A stretch of DNA of 32,000 nt from Candidatus Saccharimonadota bacterium (GTDB lineage: Bacteria; Pseudomonadota; Gammaproteobacteria; Enterobacterales; Enterobacteriaceae), in the NCBI GenBank assembly GCA_045690015.1, contig CP145877.1, positions 180,001-212,000 on the forward strand, written 5' to 3'. Under the pieces are notes generated by a model that had not been told where the DNA came from, ran no database searches, and worked only from the letters and a program-made list of their open reading frames with translations. The position numbers were made by a program, and so were the translations under genes. Below, in pieces: positions 11,397 through 20,642 of the stretch; the first letter of the stretch is position 1; the number at the start of each line of letters is the position of its first letter.

Positions 11397-11482
11397 TACC
11401 GAAGGCCGGATTTGAACCGGCATGCCTTATTATAGGCGATTGATTTTGAATCAATTGCGTCTACCAATTCCGCCACTTCGGC
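11397..11482 (-). tRNA. leuX: tRNA-Leu (anticodon CAA), long variable arm, 3' CCA not encoded
   Basis: The reverse complement folds as GCCGAAG TG GCG GAATTGGTAGA CGC A ATTGA TTCAAAA TCAAT C GCCTATAATAAGGCAT GCCGG TTCAAAT CCGGC CTTCGGT A. It closely resembles E. coli leuX. The genome continues CAA rather than CCA after the discriminator. Confidence 0.9.
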
Positions 11483-11579
11483 AGATTAATATGGATATAT
11501 TAACATAATTATTTTTCAGGTATTGATACAATTTACGAATAAATAAAATCTTTAACTTTATAATTGTTTAGGAAATTCC

Positions 11580-13085
11580 ATGGAATTTATCATCAAAAAA
11601 ACTGATTTACAAAAAATAAAACTTGATTGTTTAGTTATGGGAGTATTTGAATCTAGAAAATTATCTTCTTCAGCTAAATATTTTGATAAAATTAGCAATT
11701 TGTATATCAGTACTTTGCTACTTCAAGGGGATCTTGATGGTAAAATTGGTCACTCTTTAATTTTATATAATGTACCTAATATTTATTCCAAACGGATTTT
11801 ACTGATTGGTTGTGGTAAAAAAGATCAATTAGATAGAGATCTATATCAGATTATTATTCAAAATGTTACAAAGATTTTAAGCAACACTGGATCTAAAGAA
11901 GCTTTGTTATTTTTACCTGAATTAGATATTAAAAAACTTAATATATATTGGAAAATACGTCAAACAGTTGAAACTATAGAAAATGCTTCATATTCTTTTG
12001 AAGAATTTAAGACCAATAAAAATAAGTCTAAAACTCGTATTCGCCAAATCATTTTTCATCTTTCACAAGATGATGAATTTCCCATGGCACAGTTAGCTAT
12101 TAAACACGCTCTAGCTATTTCTAATGGTATAAAAATAGCAAAAAACCTAAGTAATTTGCCACCAAATATTTGTAATTCATCCTATATGGCCTCACAGGCA
12201 TATGAGTTATCCGAGTTATATAAAAATATAAAAGTATCATTAGTGAATGAATCTCAAATGAAAGACTTAGGTATGAATGCATATCTTGCTGTAGGAGAGG
12301 GATCTAAAAATGAATCTATAATGACAATTCTTGAATATCTACCAGATTTTCCTTCGAATAATAAACCGATTGTATTAATAGGAAAGGGATTAACGTTTGA
12401 TGCTGGTGGGCTCTCTATAAAATCTGCGCATGCAATGGAGGAAATGAAATATGATATGTGTGGTGCAGCATGTGTATATGGTATTATGCATGTAGTCGCA
12501 AAATTAGAATTACCATTAAATATAATTGGAATTATTGCAGGTTGCGAAAATATGATTAGTGAAAAATCTTTTCGTCCTGGAGATATTTTAACTACTATGT
12601 CAGGTAAAACCGTTGAAATCTTAAATACGGATGCTGAGGGAAGATTAGTCTTATGTGATGTTCTAACATATGTTGAACGATTTAAACCCCAAGTTGTAAT
12701 TGATATAGCTACATTAACGGGAGCTTGTGTGATTGCATTAGGAAATCATATAAGTGCTTTAATATCTAATCATAATCAATTAGCATGCGACTTATTAAAA
12801 GCTTCAGAATTATCTGGGGATTTAGCATGGAGATTACCAATAATACAAAAATATCAAGATCAATTAATCTCAAATTGTGCAGATATGGTAAATATTGGGG
12901 GACGTTTAGGTTATGCAGGAGCTATTACCGCCGCTTGTTTTTTAGCACGTTTTACCACTAAGTATAAGTGGGCGCATTTAGATATTGCAGGGACTGCATG
13001 GCAATCTGGAAAAGGTGCTACAGGAAGGCCTGTATCTTTACTATCACAATTTTTATTAAATAAATTGCATGGTTATGCATCTTAA
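11580..13085 (+). CDS. pepA: Leucyl aminopeptidase (aminopeptidase A)
   Basis: 501 aa. [43 protein letters not shown] and [11 protein letters not shown] match E. coli PepA. Confidence 0.95.
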   Translation: MEFIIKKTDLQKIKLDCLVMGVFESRKLSSSAKYFDKISNLYISTLLLQGDLDGKIGHSLILYNVPNIYSKRILLIGCGKKDQLDRDLYQIIIQNVTKILSNTGSKEALLFLPELDIKKLNIYWKIRQTVETIENASYSFEEFKTNKNKSKTRIRQIIFHLSQDDEFPMAQLAIKHALAISNGIKIAKNLSNLPPNICNSSYMASQAYELSELYKNIKVSLVNESQMKDLGMNAYLAVGEGSKNESIMTILEYLPDFPSNNKPIVLIGKGLTFDAGGLSIKSAHAMEEMKYDMCGAACVYGIMHVVAKLELPLNIIGIIAGCENMISEKSFRPGDILTTMSGKTVEILNTDAEGRLVLCDVLTYVERFKPQVVIDIATLTGACVIALGNHISALISNHNQLACDLLKASELSGDLAWRLPIIQKYQDQLISNCADMVNIGGRLGYAGAITAACFLARFTTKYKWAHLDIAGTAWQSGKGATGRPVSLLSQFLLNKLHGYAS

Positions 13086-13134
13086 TTGCTAAGATATAAT
13101 CTAATCATTATAAAAGTACTCTATAATTTAGAAT

Positions 13135-16002
13135 ATGAAAAATCGATATAACCCAAAAGAAATAGAACCCCAGATCTATGAAAATTGGGAACGTCAAGGA
13201 TACTTTTATCCTCATGGAGATACTACAAAAGAGAGTTTCTGTATTATGCTTCCTCCACCAAATATTACTGGAAATTTACATATGGGCCATGCTTTTCAGC
13301 AAACTCTTATGGATATATTAGTTCGTTATCATCGTATGCAAGGTAAAAATACCTTATGGCAAGTGGGTACCGATCATGCTGGAATTGCAACACAAATTAT
13401 AATAGAGCGTAAATTAGGTTTGCAAACTGGAAAAAGTAGACAGTCTTTTGGAAGGAGAAATTTTGTCAATCAAGTTTTACACTGGTCTGAAAATTTAAAA
13501 AAAAGTATTATCAGTCAAATGAAACGTTTAGGTAATTCTGCAGATTGGAGACGTGAACGTTTTACAATGGATCCGGATTTCTCTATTTCAGTAAAAGAAG
13601 CATTTGTGCTTTTATATAAGGAAGGTTTAATTTATCGTAGAAAACGTTTGGTCAATTGGGATCCCGTATTAGAAACAGCTATTTCTGATTTAGAAGTTGA
13701 TAATCGTAAATGTAAAGCATCAATGTGGTATATACGATATCCATTAAGTAATAAAAAAGTAAGTAGTTTCGAGGGTAAGAATTACTTAGTAGTAGCTACT
13801 ACAAGACCAGAAACCATATTTGGTGATACCGGTATTGCAGTAAATCCAAATGATCATCGTTATCAAAAATTAATAGGTCAATTTGTTAATATTCCTTTAT
13901 TAAATCGTTCTATTCCCATTATAGCTGATAAAAACATTGATATGTCTATAGGAACAGGATGTATGAAAATTACTCCAGCTCATGATTTTAAAGATTATGA
14001 GATAGGTTCTCGCTATAATTTTCCACTGATTAATATTTTTAACTTGAATGGAACTATTCGAAGTTGTGCAGAAGTAGTAGATTATCAAGGAAAAAAAATA
14101 AATATTCCATTTATAGAAATACCAAAAGAGTTTCAAAATTTAGAACGTACTGCTGCTAGAGAAACAGTTATTATTCAGTTAAGAGGTCTAAGTTTATTAG
14201 ACCAAATACAAGATCATGATCTTATGATCCCCTATTCAGATCGTAGTGGCGCAATTATTGAACCTCTATTAACGGATCAGTGGTATATTAGTACCAAGTC
14301 CATGGCACAAATGGCTATAAAAGCCGTTCAACAGGAAAAAATAAAATTTATTCCAAAAAAATATGAAAATATTTATTTTTCTTGGATGCGTGATATTCAA
14401 GATTGGTGTATATCTCGTAGATTATGGTGGGGACATCGTATTCCGGCTTGGTATGATGTTAATGGAAATATTTATGTTGGTAGAAATGAAAAAGAAGTGC
14501 GGTTAGACAATAACTTAGATATTGATGTTGAGTTAAATCAAGATAAGGATGTACTAGATACCTGGTTTTCATCTGCATTATGGACCTTTTCCACGTTAGG
14601 ATGGCCAAAGGATACTGAAGTATTGGATATTTTTCACCCTACTAATGTATTAATAAGTGGATTTGATATTATTTTTTTTTGGATAGCCCGTATGATAATG
14701 CTTACTATGCATTTCATCAAAGATAATAAAGGAAATCCACAAATTCCGTTTAAAATAGTATATCTAACTGGATTAATTAGAGATGAGGAAGGCAATAAAA
14801 TGTCTAAATCCAAAGGCAATGTTATTGATCCATTAGATATAATAGATGGGATTTCACTTGAAGCATTGTTAAAAAAACGTACAGAAAATCTGATACAGCC
14901 TAAATTAGCTAATAATATTATTCAACGTACTAAAAAACAGTTCCCATTAGGAATAAGACCATATGGTACCGATGCCTTACGATTTACTTTTGCAGCATTA
15001 TCTTCAAACTCTCGTGATATTTATTGGGATATGAAAAGATTAGAGGGTTATCGTAATTTCTGTAATAAATTATGGAATGCTACTAGATTTGTATTACAAT
15101 ATATAGATGTTAATTCTATTAATAATGGTTCATTAACATTATCCGATCGTTGGATCAAATCAGAACTAACTATTGCTATTAAAAATTATCGCAATGCACT
15201 AGATAGTTATCGTTTTGATTTAGCATCTAATATAATTTATGAATTTACTTGGAATAAATTTTGTGATTGGTACTTAGAAATAATCAAATTAACTAAAAAA
15301 ACCAAAACCAATTCTGCAGCCATTAGAATTGGCACTCAGCATACTATGGTTGAAATTTTAGAATCAATCTTATTATTAGCACATCCTATCATTCCTTTTA
15401 TTACAGAATCTTTGTGGAAACGCCTTAGAAGTTTTCAAACTGAGAATAATAATTCTATTATGTTGCAATCTTTTCCTAATTATGATTCCTCAGTGTATGA
15501 TCATACAGCAGTAATTGAAATGAACTTACTAAAAAAAATAGTAATAGCTATACGCAATATTCGTGCAGAAATGAATGTTCCGTTACATACTCCATTAAAA
15601 GTATTTTTCCGTAATATTAGCAGTAAGAATCGCTATTCTATGGATATTATTAATAATAACGCAGAAATTTTGTGTTCACTTGCGTATTTAAGTTCAATTT
15701 CATTAATAAAAAATGATTTTAAGATAAATAATCTGAATCTAGCTTGTAAAAATCATCTGATTTCAGGCATAGAATTATTAATACCATTAGATGGTATAGT
15801 TAATAAAACTCTTGAGTTAGAACGATTAACTAAAAAAATTGCTAAATTATCTATAAAAATTAAACGTATAGAAACAATATTATCAAATGAAGCTTTTCTA
15901 TGTCATGCTCCTACACATATAGTATTAAAAAATAGAGAACAATTAAATGCTTATTTGCAGGAGAAAATTATCTTAGAACATCAACAAAAATTACTTCAAT
16001 AA
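13135..16002 (+). CDS. valS: Valine--tRNA ligase
   Basis: 955 aa. Class I HIGH region PPPNITGNLHMGHAF and KMSKS loop GNKMSKSKGN are present, with a C-terminal coiled-coil tail. It is adjacent to pepA as in E. coli, but without holC. Confidence 0.97.
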   Translation: MKNRYNPKEIEPQIYENWERQGYFYPHGDTTKESFCIMLPPPNITGNLHMGHAFQQTLMDILVRYHRMQGKNTLWQVGTDHAGIATQIIIERKLGLQTGKSRQSFGRRNFVNQVLHWSENLKKSIISQMKRLGNSADWRRERFTMDPDFSISVKEAFVLLYKEGLIYRRKRLVNWDPVLETAISDLEVDNRKCKASMWYIRYPLSNKKVSSFEGKNYLVVATTRPETIFGDTGIAVNPNDHRYQKLIGQFVNIPLLNRSIPIIADKNIDMSIGTGCMKITPAHDFKDYEIGSRYNFPLINIFNLNGTIRSCAEVVDYQGKKINIPFIEIPKEFQNLERTAARETVIIQLRGLSLLDQIQDHDLMIPYSDRSGAIIEPLLTDQWYISTKSMAQMAIKAVQQEKIKFIPKKYENIYFSWMRDIQDWCISRRLWWGHRIPAWYDVNGNIYVGRNEKEVRLDNNLDIDVELNQDKDVLDTWFSSALWTFSTLGWPKDTEVLDIFHPTNVLISGFDIIFFWIARMIMLTMHFIKDNKGNPQIPFKIVYLTGLIRDEEGNKMSKSKGNVIDPLDIIDGISLEALLKKRTENLIQPKLANNIIQRTKKQFPLGIRPYGTDALRFTFAALSSNSRDIYWDMKRLEGYRNFCNKLWNATRFVLQYIDVNSINNGSLTLSDRWIKSELTIAIKNYRNALDSYRFDLASNIIYEFTWNKFCDWYLEIIKLTKKTKTNSAAIRIGTQHTMVEILESILLLAHPIIPFITESLWKRLRSFQTENNNSIMLQSFPNYDSSVYDHTAVIEMNLLKKIVIAIRNIRAEMNVPLHTPLKVFFRNISSKNRYSMDIINNNAEILCSLAYLSSISLIKNDFKINNLNLACKNHLISGIELLIPLDGIVNKTLELERLTKKIAKLSIKIKRIETILSNEAFLCHAPTHIVLKNREQLNAYLQEKIILEHQQKLLQ

Positions 16003-16003
16003 A

Positions 16004-17005
16004 TTATTGATTACTGATAAATTTTATTAAATCTAAAACTTTCTCTGAGTATCCGATTTCATTATCATACCAGCATATGATTTTGACGAAGTTATTGTTC
16101 AATGCTATGCTTGCACTTGCATCAAAAATTGAAGTAAAAGTTTCACCATGAAAATCACTAGAAACTAGTGGATTTTCATTATAACCTAAAATTCCTTTGA
16201 AATCTGTATCAGATGCTTTTTTCATGAGGCTACATATTTCTTCATAACTAACTGATTTTTGTAATTTTACTGTTAAATCTATAACTGAAACATTCGCTAT
16301 GGGGACACGAAATGACATTCCTGTTAATTTACCTTTAAGCGAAGGAATTATTTTGCTTATTGAAGTGGCGGCTCCAGTAGAAGTAGGAATTATGTTCTGT
16401 AAACCTCCTCTTCCTAATTTCCAATCTTTACCAGTACCGTCTACTATTTTTTGTGTGGCAGTTACTGCATGTATAGTAGTCATCAAACCCTCAATAATAA
16501 TAAAATTATCATTAAGAACTTTAACTACAGGAGCTAAACAATTCGTAGTACAAGATGCATTTGAAATTATATTCTGCCCAGTATAAGAATGATGATTTAC
16601 TCCCATAACAAACATATCAGTATTATCTCTTGCTGGTGCAGTAAGTACTACTTTTTTAGCTCCGGCTAAAAGATGTTTAGAAGCCGATTCTTTAGTCAAA
16701 AATCTTCCAGTAGCTTCAATAACTATTTCAACTGGCAGCTCATTCCATCTTAAATTAAGAGGATTTGCTTCTTTAGTAACTCTTACTGGCTTTTTATTTA
16801 CGATTAATTCACCCTTTTTTTTGTCTACATCTATAGTTCCCTGAAATATTCCATGCGTAGAATCATATTTTAAAATATAAGCTAAATGATCTATTTCTAA
16901 TAGATCATTTATAGCAATAATGTTAATATCTTTGCGTTTTTGTGCTGCTCTAAGAATAGTTCTACCAATTCTACCAAAACCATTAATTCCTATTCTAATA
17001 CTCAT
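16004..17005 (-). CDS. gapA: Glyceraldehyde-3-phosphate dehydrogenase A
   Basis: [22 protein letters not shown] and WYDNE.GYS match E. coli GapA. I place the start at the ATG at 17005 (MSIRIGING...) because AGGAG lies 7 nt upstream. That gives 333 aa against 331 aa in E. coli. The 7-codon upstream extension in the ORF track is unlikely to be real. Confidence 0.95.
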   Translation of the reverse strand: MSIRIGINGFGRIGRTILRAAQKRKDINIIAINDLLEIDHLAYILKYDSTHGIFQGTIDVDKKKGELIVNKKPVRVTKEANPLNLRWNELPVEIVIEATGRFLTKESASKHLLAGAKKVVLTAPARDNTDMFVMGVNHHSYTGQNIISNASCTTNCLAPVVKVLNDNFIIIEGLMTTIHAVTATQKIVDGTGKDWKLGRGGLQNIIPTSTGAATSISKIIPSLKGKLTGMSFRVPIANVSVIDLTVKLQKSVSYEEICSLMKKASDTDFKGILGYNENPLVSSDFHGETFTSIFDASASIALNNNFVKIICWYDNEIGYSEKVLDLIKFISNQ

Positions 17006-17035
17006 ATATTTTCTCCTAAGATCCATAAATAAATA

Positions 17036-18985
17036 TCACGAGAGTTTAGAATTAGAGCATATAATACATTGCGCATAAATATTAGGATAATCACTTAGAG
17101 ATTCCTTTAACATTATTAGATACTGATTTAATAAAATTGCAGGGTTCTTATTATTATAGTTAGTCTTAATCATATTAATCATATTAATTTTAGATTCTGG
17201 TTTAAACTTAGATATAATGAATTTTATTAACTCTTTCTTCCAAGATATTTTCTTATGATGATGAATCCACTCTACTTGCCATTTTTTAAGTTTCGCTAAT
17301 TCTACCACTTTTGAAATAGCGTCATCAAAATCTCCTATTGCATCAATTAATCCTAATCTTTTTGCATCAGTACCCGACCATACTCTACCTTGGCCAATTG
17401 TATCAACATATTTTTGGGAAAGTTTTCTTGCAGAGGCAACATGATAAGTAAAATTATCATATATATGTTCTACTCTTATCTGCATAATATTTTCCTGTTC
17501 AGGTGTTAAAGGTGCGATATGAGAAGGCAGAACACCAGGTGCAGTTGATAAAGGTGAAGATAAGATGGTGTTATAATGTATCCCCATTTTATCTAATGCT
17601 TTTCCAATCGTTGTAAAAATACTAAATACGCCTATTGATCCAGTTATAGTATTAGGATTTGCAATAATGTAATTAGCTGGAAGAGAAATTAAATAACCAC
17701 CGGATGCGGCCATAGATCCCATAACAACTACTAGTGGCTTACCGCTTTTACGTATCTCACGAAGTGCTTCACGTATAAGTTCTGATGCATATACACTACC
17801 ACCTGGACTATCAATGTTTAATATAAACCCTTTAAAATCAGGATTATTATTAGCTTCACGTATATCTTCTACTATATTCCAAGCATTAGTAAATTCTAAA
17901 CCATCAAAGCCGTTTGTATCCAAAATCATTCCGTTAACTTTGAAAATACCGATCCTATTATGCTTATTTAAATTTTTTAATTTAGATTGATGAGATTTTA
18001 GTTTTAATATGTAATCATGAATATTAATATGATTATAATAACTATGATTTTTATTCCATCCAAATTTTTTAATCATTTTACTGTTAAAATCATCTTGAGT
18101 TATTAATTCATCAACTAATTGATTTCTATAAGCATATCTTGCTCCATTCATGCCAACATGTCTTAGTTTTCTTAATATTTCATGAGGTTCCGGAAAAATT
18201 TGCTCTACTGTCATATGTCGATTATCAGCAATGTTTTTTAAAAGATGATTCCATAAATCATTTAATAAATGCTCTCGTTCCTTACGAACATGTAAGGACA
18301 TATTATTACGGACAAATGGTTCAACAGCTGACTTATAATCACCTACTCTAAATATATAAGGTTTTAATTGAAGTTTGTCTAAAAAATCCTTAAAATATAA
18401 ATTTTCTGTGCTACAACCATGTAAGTCTACTTCTCCACTAGGAGATAGATAAATTTTATTAGCATAGCTTGCCAGATAATATTGTGGCTGTGTATAATTA
18501 TCATTCATAGAGTAAATAAGCTTACCATGAGCTTTAAACTCTTTTAAAGCTTTACCGATGTAATCTAATACGGCTGTGTTATCTTCATCAAAATTAGATA
18601 GATCTAACACTATACTAGATATATTAGGATCGGATTTTGCTTGACGAATTGCTTCAACTAGATCAAATAATGAAATCCCGTTTTCTTGGGAGTTATTTTG
18701 TATGATTCTATTAAACCAATTATAGATTTTACTATCTGTCTGATCTGTTACATTCGGTACATCTTTTATTATGGTATTTATGTCTAATAATAAAACTCCT
18801 GGAGAACTATTATTATAAGGTTCTTTTATTTTAATAGAATTATGCTTATTAAATAGCAGAAAAACATTGACTATCATAATCAATAAAAACACTATAAAAA
18901 TATTACAAATACATTCTCGAATCCAATTTAGAATCCACCAAATCTTACGTAAAAATGTTCCAATCTTAGGCAATACTGTTTTCAT
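17036..18985 (-). CDS. sppA: Signal peptide peptidase A (protease IV)
   Basis: 649 aa with an N-terminal transmembrane segment. FRVGDYKSAVEPF (catalytic Lys region) and GSMAASGGYLIS (catalytic Ser region) align with E. coli SppA along the full length. Confidence 0.92.
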   Translation of the reverse strand: MKTVLPKIGTFLRKIWWILNWIRECICNIFIVFLLIMIVNVFLLFNKHNSIKIKEPYNNSSPGVLLLDINTIIKDVPNVTDQTDSKIYNWFNRIIQNNSQENGISLFDLVEAIRQAKSDPNISSIVLDLSNFDEDNTAVLDYIGKALKEFKAHGKLIYSMNDNYTQPQYYLASYANKIYLSPSGEVDLHGCSTENLYFKDFLDKLQLKPYIFRVGDYKSAVEPFVRNNMSLHVRKEREHLLNDLWNHLLKNIADNRHMTVEQIFPEPHEILRKLRHVGMNGARYAYRNQLVDELITQDDFNSKMIKKFGWNKNHSYYNHINIHDYILKLKSHQSKLKNLNKHNRIGIFKVNGMILDTNGFDGLEFTNAWNIVEDIREANNNPDFKGFILNIDSPGGSVYASELIREALREIRKSGKPLVVVMGSMAASGGYLISLPANYIIANPNTITGSIGVFSIFTTIGKALDKMGIHYNTILSSPLSTAPGVLPSHIAPLTPEQENIMQIRVEHIYDNFTYHVASARKLSQKYVDTIGQGRVWSGTDAKRLGLIDAIGDFDDAISKVVELAKLKKWQVEWIHHHKKISWKKELIKFIISKFKPESKINMINMIKTNYNNKNPAILLNQYLIMLKESLSDYPNIYAQCIICSNSKLS

Positions 18986-19162
18986 GCTATCTCCTATTAT
19001 TAAATAATAGTAATTTTCAAAAAGCTATAAAATGAAGAATAAAAAAACCTTATTTCCTCTTTGGAAATTTAAAATTATTACATGATAAACATACAAAATT
19101 TAATTGTAAATTGTATAATACATTATCTTAAAATTAGATTTTTATCTACATGAAATTTTTAA

Positions 19163-19822
19163 ATGAATAATGAAAAAACTTTATTAGCACTTTCTCAATC
19201 TCTTGCGGGTTATAACTTAGGTGATTTAGCAGCATATGTAAAATTAAACCTTCCGAGAGATTTAAAATCTAATAAAGGTTGGATAGGAAATTTAATAGAA
19301 AAATGTTTGGGAGCAAATGCGAAAAGTAAAGCAGAACCGGATTTTTCAGAATTAGGAATTGAGCTAAAAACTATACCGGTAGATACTTATGGTCGTCCAC
19401 TTCAAGCTACATTTGTTTGCTCCGTATCCTTATCTATTGATAAAAATATAGGTATTACATGGAAAATATGTAATGTTAGGCATAAACTATCTAAAGTTCT
19501 ATGGGTACCTATACAAGGTGAAAAAAAAATTCCTCTGCCTTTGAGAATTGTAGGTACGCCATTTTTGTGGAGTCCAAATTTCCATGAAGAATATGCTCTA
19601 CGTTGTGATTGGGAAGAATTAATAGAATTAATAATATGTGGAGAAATAGAAAATGTAAGCTCAAGAAATGGAGAAGTATTACAAATACTTCCTAAAACTA
19701 GTAACAAGAAAGCCTATGAAATAATTGGTAAAAACGGTAAACGTCTTCGAATTAGGCCTTGGGGTTTTTATTTAAAAAAAACCTTCACTAGTATTATATT
19801 AGCTCGTCAATTTTTATTATAA
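19163..19822 (+). CDS. mutH: DNA mismatch repair endonuclease MutH
   Basis: 219 aa. KGWIGNLIE, EPDFSELGIELKTIPV (D...ExK catalytic core), TFVC, VLWVPIQGE and RPWGFYLKK.FTS align with E. coli MutH. Confidence 0.92.
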   Translation: MNNEKTLLALSQSLAGYNLGDLAAYVKLNLPRDLKSNKGWIGNLIEKCLGANAKSKAEPDFSELGIELKTIPVDTYGRPLQATFVCSVSLSIDKNIGITWKICNVRHKLSKVLWVPIQGEKKIPLPLRIVGTPFLWSPNFHEEYALRCDWEELIELIICGEIENVSSRNGEVLQILPKTSNKKAYEIIGKNGKRLRIRPWGFYLKKTFTSIILARQFLL

Positions 19823-19845
19823 ACAAATAAATAAGAATCGCAAAA

Positions 19846-20562
19846 ATGTTTAACTGGATTATCACTCCCAATACTTGGCTATCTTTAATTACTTTAATTA
19901 TTATTGAAATAATATTAGGCATTGACAATATTTTTTTCATTTCATTAGTGGTTGCCAAATTACCCAAAAAACAGCAAAAAACAGTCAGCTATATCGGTTT
20001 GATATCAGCAATGTTAATGCGTCTTATATTATTGTTTTGTATTGCTCGGCTCATTAAAATTTACCAACCTCTATTCACTATATCCCATTATGTTTTTACT
20101 ATGCATAATGTAATTTTGTTATTAGGCGGATTATTTCTAATAACCAAATCAATTATAGAAATTTCTAAGTTATTTAGAGTAAATATAAATGAGCAAAATA
20201 TACCCGTTTATTATTCGTGCTTAGGAACAGTTTTTCAAATAATTTTCTTAGATATTATTTTTAGTTTGGATTCGGTAATTACCGCTGTTGGTTTATCGAA
20301 TAATATTGCTATAATGTTTACTGCTATAATAATATCAGTGATTATTATGATGTATACGGCATTCAAAGTTGCTAAATTTATTACACATCATGTATCAGTG
20401 AAGATCTTAGCATTAGTTTTCTTATTTCTAGTAGGATTAATTTTATTGCTTGAAGGATTAACAATACATATTCCAATGGGATATGTTTATTTTTCCTTAT
20501 TTTTTTCCGTATTTGTAGAATTCTTAAAGATAATAATTTCTAATAGAAAACAAAATTATTAA
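19846..20562 (+). CDS. ygdQ: TerC-family integral membrane protein (YgdQ-like)
   Basis: 238 aa and polytopic. WLSLITLIIIEIILGIDNIFFISLVVAKLP and LDIIFSLDSVITAVGLS match E. coli YgdQ. It lies immediately downstream of mutH, as in E. coli. Confidence 0.85.
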   Translation: MFNWIITPNTWLSLITLIIIEIILGIDNIFFISLVVAKLPKKQQKTVSYIGLISAMLMRLILLFCIARLIKIYQPLFTISHYVFTMHNVILLLGGLFLITKSIIEISKLFRVNINEQNIPVYYSCLGTVFQIIFLDIIFSLDSVITAVGLSNNIAIMFTAIIISVIIMMYTAFKVAKFITHHVSVKILALVFLFLVGLILLLEGLTIHIPMGYVYFSLFFSVFVEFLKIIISNRKQNY

Positions 20563-20642
20563 AATTCCCTAAGAACATTGAGAAATTTTTAGTCGTATTA
20601 ATTTATATATAATCTAAAAATAAAATCGATCGAAGTATTTAT

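Noticed and set aside
17006-17026. 7-codon upstream extension of gapA (MDLRRKY...)
   Set aside because: AGGAG sits inside this extension, 7 nt before the ATG at 17005. The E. coli GapA N-terminus aligns with the shorter form.
13900-19707. Antisense ORFs inside valS (13900-14136, 14634-14819), gapA (16299-16586), sppA (18139-18351) and mutH (19402-19707); a similar one lies in rpoD at 9762-9992
   Set aside because: Each is fully nested within a conserved gene on the other strand. The products are hydrophobic or low-complexity, typical of AT-rich antisense frames, and there is no independent support.
20585-20621. Possible bidirectional terminator between ygdQ and the pilus tip gene (ATTTTTAG ... 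CTAAAAAT, 8-bp stem, 21-nt loop)
   Set aside because: The stem is almost all A/T and the loop is long, so the structure would be very weak. It cannot be told apart from chance in this composition.
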